Shown here in pieces: positions 59,481 through 64,000 of a stretch of DNA of 64,000 nt. The notes under the pieces were generated by a model that saw only the letters and a list, made by a program, of their open reading frames with translations, searched no databases and was not told the DNA's origin. Origin of the DNA: Schmidtea polychroa (lineage: Eukaryota); assembly GCA_044892525.1 (NCBI GenBank), contig CM097887.1, forward strand, positions 138,796,397 through 138,860,396, read 5' to 3'. The position numbers and the translations under genes were made by a program. Numbering within the stretch: position 1 is the first letter of the stretch; the number at the start of each line of letters is the position of its first letter.

Positions 59481-59949
59481 ATCTTCCACAAGATAATTTA
59501 TTTATTTATTATGTTATTTTTTATTTAGGTATCCTCAACAATTTTAAAAAAATCATCAATTAAATTTGATAAATTCAATTATGTAGGTTTTGTAATTCTA
59601 GAATTGTGAAAATTAGTAATATATAAGTTTGTATATTGATGTACTTTGGATATAAAGAAAATATAAAAATTCATTTCGGAGACACTGATTCGGTAATTAT
59701 AGAATTATAGAATAATGAGTCTATTAATAAAATTTATAATAAAATTTACTAAAATCAGTTAATACAAAATTAGAAATATAGAGGATTTAGTGATTATAAA
59801 CCTGGTGAACACAAAACAACCACCTAAAAATATTTTTAAAAATTGGTTTGACAAAACTCTAAATGCCATTATTTCCAAACTTCTCTCAATAAATAAATGA
59901 ATTTATATTCCCATAAAAATATAATGATGGAAAAATAATAAGTTTTACT

Positions 59950-62900
59950 CACCATTTTCATCATTTATTGCAATATTGTTATGTTTATTTTCACGCTTTT
60001 GACTTGCTGCTTCATCTGAAAACAATTTTTTAAAGACCTGATGGCATTTCTCATTAATTATTACTTGGGAAAATGCAAACTGGCTTTAATAACATATTTT
60101 TAAAAAACTGACAAATTTTTGTAGGATTCTGAGCCCACGAAATATTTTTGGATAAGATACGAGATATTTCCTTTGAATCACAACTGCATTCTCTAGTAAG
60201 AATGCTACCCCAAATGGTTCTGTATGCGTCAAGACAGCGAAAATAATTATTGGGGCATTTTAATGTTTCATTCATTATGGGAGAACATAGCTGATTGAAA
60301 ACTGTAAATGAATCTCTAAATTATAAAATTATTTTGTAAACATTTTGATTTTAGAAAAAAAAGAAGAAAATATTGATAAACCAAAGCTGAATGTCATAAA
60401 TTCTTTCATTTATAGAATAAATTATAAGACATTTATTGTTAAATTTTGAAATATTATTTTAAATAATTTCAATAAATTTTTATATCTACAGTACTGTTTA
60501 TCCTACTCCCACCATCATGTTTCTCTGCCATAACTTTTTAAATTTTCAATCGATCTTAAGATTTTTTTACAGAGGTTAGACATGCATAATTTACATGTCG
60601 TATACACATTTTACAGCTCAAATTGCATCCTGGTCAAGGTTTACGATAATATACGAAATTTACCTGATTAACCTAATCTTAATTATATTGGCACCGGCAG
60701 GGAGGTGCAAGGTGGTGCGCCACTTTTCATTTTCTAAACAATACAATACAAAATCTTTGAAATTTTAATTGACACATTAAAACAAACTTTCGTTCTAAAA
60801 AATTCATTTATATAATATAATATCAAAGAAATAAGTCTAAAACATAATAATAAAATAACTCTTGCAAAACAAAATAAGATTTTTAAATTAAACCTGTCAT
60901 TTATTTTTGTTATTTTCTAAAAATAAAAATTGTAATCTTCTTGGTTTCTCTGCAAACTTTGATAACATAGTTCTCCTCCCATAGACCTTGTTTTATTCTA
61001 CACCACCTTTCAAAAAATCCTGTCGGCGCCCTTGCCTAATTAAGATGCGATGTTTTAATGTTCGTAAGATTTTTAGTGTTGAATTTGTGGATATCCAATG
61101 AGACATGCAACTAAAAATAGACTTGTCATTTTTTGCCTATTCTGAGAAAACAGACCTTTCGTAAAGTATATAAGCACTTTATATACACTTTAAGTGCATT
61201 ATAACCAACAAAGGCCCAGGACACTGCATGCAAATTTCAAATGGGAAAAGCTATTTCTCTTTACAAGATAAAGCTTATATTCATGTAATATCGGAGAAAA
61301 ATTGAGATTAGCCAAATCTAAAGTTTATGAATGGCTGGCTATATAACCAGTCGTCAGTTTGGAAGGTATTATCTCACCAACAAACATGATGCTCTTTAAC
61401 AGTACGTCCTTTACGCGTAGACTTAAGCGGATAAGCACTAAGGATATATCTTTCAACGGTAAAGCATTCATTGTAAAGGAGCGGAATGAGGCATATCGTC
61501 CAGTACCAGCATCTGAGTTGAATTCAAAAAGAAAGGAATGAAGTTTTATTGGAACCTTCAAAATTTATCAAATTAGCAAATTGGCAAATAGTTAGAAAAG
61601 AACAGCCTTTTTTAAAGTTTGTAGAATGTAAATACATATTTAGAAGTAACTTTTGTTTTTTTAAATTTGATTAAATATTCTCAGATAAAACTTAAATTGG
61701 TGTGGACGGACTACAGGGACAATTTGAAAAATAACAATTCAGGGACTGCATTAGAGGCCGTCATACACCCAATAGGGTTATAATTGTTTAATGTATCCTG
61801 GTTTAGTCTTGCTTCTGGTTGAGAAGTCAGGTCCAGTGATTGTCTTTCAAAGCACCATGAATTCATATACATAATACATGAATTCAATACATAAATTCAC
61901 AAAGTATTAATAAAAGGTATTTTAAATTACAATATTGATTCTAAAAATACATCCTAATTCTATTGGTTGTGCAACAACAGATAACGAAATAAAGAAATGG
62001 ATTAAAGGCTTAAAGTTTTATTCATCATTAGAAATCGAATTTATAGATCAACCGAAATGTTACTTTTCAATACTACGTCCCATTTTATTTTTTCTATGAC
62101 TTTAATGCCTTTTCCCTTTGTCACTCCTGTCTCCTAGAATTCTCGTTTCTCCAAATTATCCTTTTTTGCTTTGCATATCATTTGGACCAATATTACCTCT
62201 ACCTAGATTTTCCTTTCAAACCTTTTCCTCCTATTTAACATTTATAATATTTTGGTTCCTTGTCACTGAACTTATTCATTAAGACCCTTGTTGCCTTTAT
62301 CTTCTAAGTTCTATTCTTCTCTTTTCTCCCATTTCACCTCAATTATCTCTTTTGGCTTCTTAGTAGACTCTCATAATACTATATCTGTCTACTATATCTA
62401 TCTTGGTCCCATAAGCCCCGCTGTACCCGAGATTTCAGTGCCTTCTTTACCTCCATTGACTCCTTGCGGCTCGTCTTAGTCTTGAAATCTCAAAAAAATA
62501 AGATAGGTCAATGGGACCAATATCTTTTTTAAATCCTTTCACCTACATTTCTCCAATCCTTTATTATTTTCCTTTTCACTTTTATTTCCCACTATTATAT
62601 GTTTATCAGGAAATCCTTTGGTCCCTCAAACCCCTTAAATCCTCTATGGCCATGTGGTTAAATTAAACCTTTCATGCCTTTAATTCCATTCCCAGATGGT
62701 TTTTGATTCCTTTTTCATCTTGATACAATTGTAGACCAAGACTTCCTCTTTCTCCAGTGCGATCCTTTTTCTTAAGGTGATCCCATTTCACTGAGAATTC
62801 ATTTTTATACCTTTGATGCCCTGAACACCTTTATACCAATATGATCCTTTCACTACTTCTACCTGTTGGTCCAGTTCCTCCCTTAAATTTTCTATTTTCT

Positions 62901-63760
62901 TCTATATATTTTCTTTTCATAGTTTACTTGAGTGACGTCAAAGTTACAACTTAACACTATGAATACTTTCAGAAAACTAAAATTAATTATAAACTCCACA
63001 AAATATACGCTGTTTTTCAAACCTCCTCAGGAATATTTTATAAATATTTTAATAAAATTTAAATTTGTTGAAGAAATATCTGTATGTGCAAAATATGAAT
63101 TTCAAATTTAACGGATTACCTCTTTAGAAAATAAAAAAATTAATTCTTGTCTTGTACTATAAAAAATACTGTATAGAAACTAGGAATTTGTTCATACCTC
63201 ATTTCCGTTTACTAAACGAATTATTTAGGTATTAAACACACTAGAGTTTAGTAGGAATTTGTATAGGACAATGTTACGAATCGAATGAATTATAAATCTT
63301 TGAAATCCGCTGAGAAGATTGATAAGAAATCAAATAATTATAGACATTATTTTTATATTCTATGAAATTAAAAGAATAACTAAGCATTTATATAAATAAT
63401 TTAAAATAAAAAAGACTTAAAATAAATTTACTTACAAACAAGCGGTATTATTTAGGCAAGCTTGCATTAATAGAAGACAATTTATAATTGGACGTTGACC
63501 TCTTTTTACACAAAATGGCTGGAACATTTGCTGTTGCCGATGACAAGGATCATTGAATGACGAGTGATTACATTGACATCTAATGGAATTGAGGCTTATT
63601 GTATCTGGCTTCGAATAAAATGAGCGCGTGGCTTCAAGACAAGCCGCATAATCTTGGCAAATACTGCAGTGTTTTTCGATCTCCATATATCGCTGTAAAC
63701 ACGCTGATGATTGTGTACAAAGTTGATATGAAGACAAGCAATTTGGAACTAAAGTCAATT
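59950..63760 (-). CDS. Host GDNF-receptor-alpha/GAS1-like Cys-rich protein, partial multi-exon model
   Basis: Exon ~63437-63760 has the GFR Cys pattern (C..C..C..C..C..CQC..C..FQPFC) and ends at a GTAAGT donor. Exon ~60070-60290 has YRTIWGSIL..CSC..CQFFKNMLLKPVC. A 49-nt intron precedes a further exon ending at GTGAGT. Confidence 0.7.
60688..61035. mobile_element. Degenerate MITE with GGCGCCGACAGG-type termini
   Basis: GGCACCGGCAGG on the left and CCTGTCGGCGCCC on the right are imperfect inverted ends. Confidence 0.45.
62100..62900 (-). pseudogene. Decayed collagen-like Gly-X-Y repeat
   Basis: Runs such as GGT GPT GRS, GIK GVQ GIK and GHR GFK GFE GPK GFP, broken by frameshifts. Confidence 0.55.
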
Positions 63761-64000
63761 AATTAAACCCATTATTATATTTTAATTGAATAATTTAAAA
63801 TATTTATCTAAAATTAAATTAAATAAGTTATTATATTTTATTATTTGCTGGATAATAATTTAAAATTAATTTAAGTTAATAATTTCTATATTACTAAAAT
63901 AGTAAATTATATATCACTAAATTTACCAAGGCCAATGGCCAACCTGCTATCAAACATCTGACTACATTAACTCATCTGAAATCGTATGTTATTTATCAAG

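Noticed and set aside
61050-61561. Open segments inside the GFR-like gene span
   Set aside because: No recognisable domain, and no consistent splicing could be established.

Overview
AT-rich metazoan genomic DNA with short introns and three N-gaps, dominated by nested mobile elements. The centrepiece is an apparently intact, recently inserted 14.7-kb Ty3/gypsy LTR retrotransposon on the minus strand (41693-56419; ~1-kb near-identical LTRs, tRNA-Trp primer-binding site (PBS), polypurine tract (PPT)). Its single 3353-aa ORF reads Gag (four CCHC knuckles), two ubiquitin-like domains plus an AT-hook, a chuvirus/herpes gB-like class III fusion glycoprotein, protease, RT, RNase H, integrase, and a second type I membrane protein with an FN3-like motif. 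Env therefore lies inside the polyprotein, between gag and pol. A separate downstream ORF carries a degenerate DEDDh exonuclease fold. The element sits in an unidentified antisense insert, which interrupts a 28S rRNA 3' fragment beside the peptidyl-transferase motif, which in turn splits the polB gene of a decayed Polinton/Maverick. Also present: a 4.2-kb mini-Polinton with TIRs and a 6-bp TSD, host-like cargo genes (WD40, RNF126-like, BIR), a Penelope GIY-YIG remnant, hAT, Merlin, piggyBac and Tigger derivatives, several decayed gypsy copies, and two host genes (a C2H2 zinc-finger gene and a GFR-alpha/GAS1-like gene). All family assignments come from motif recognition by eye; no database searches were run.
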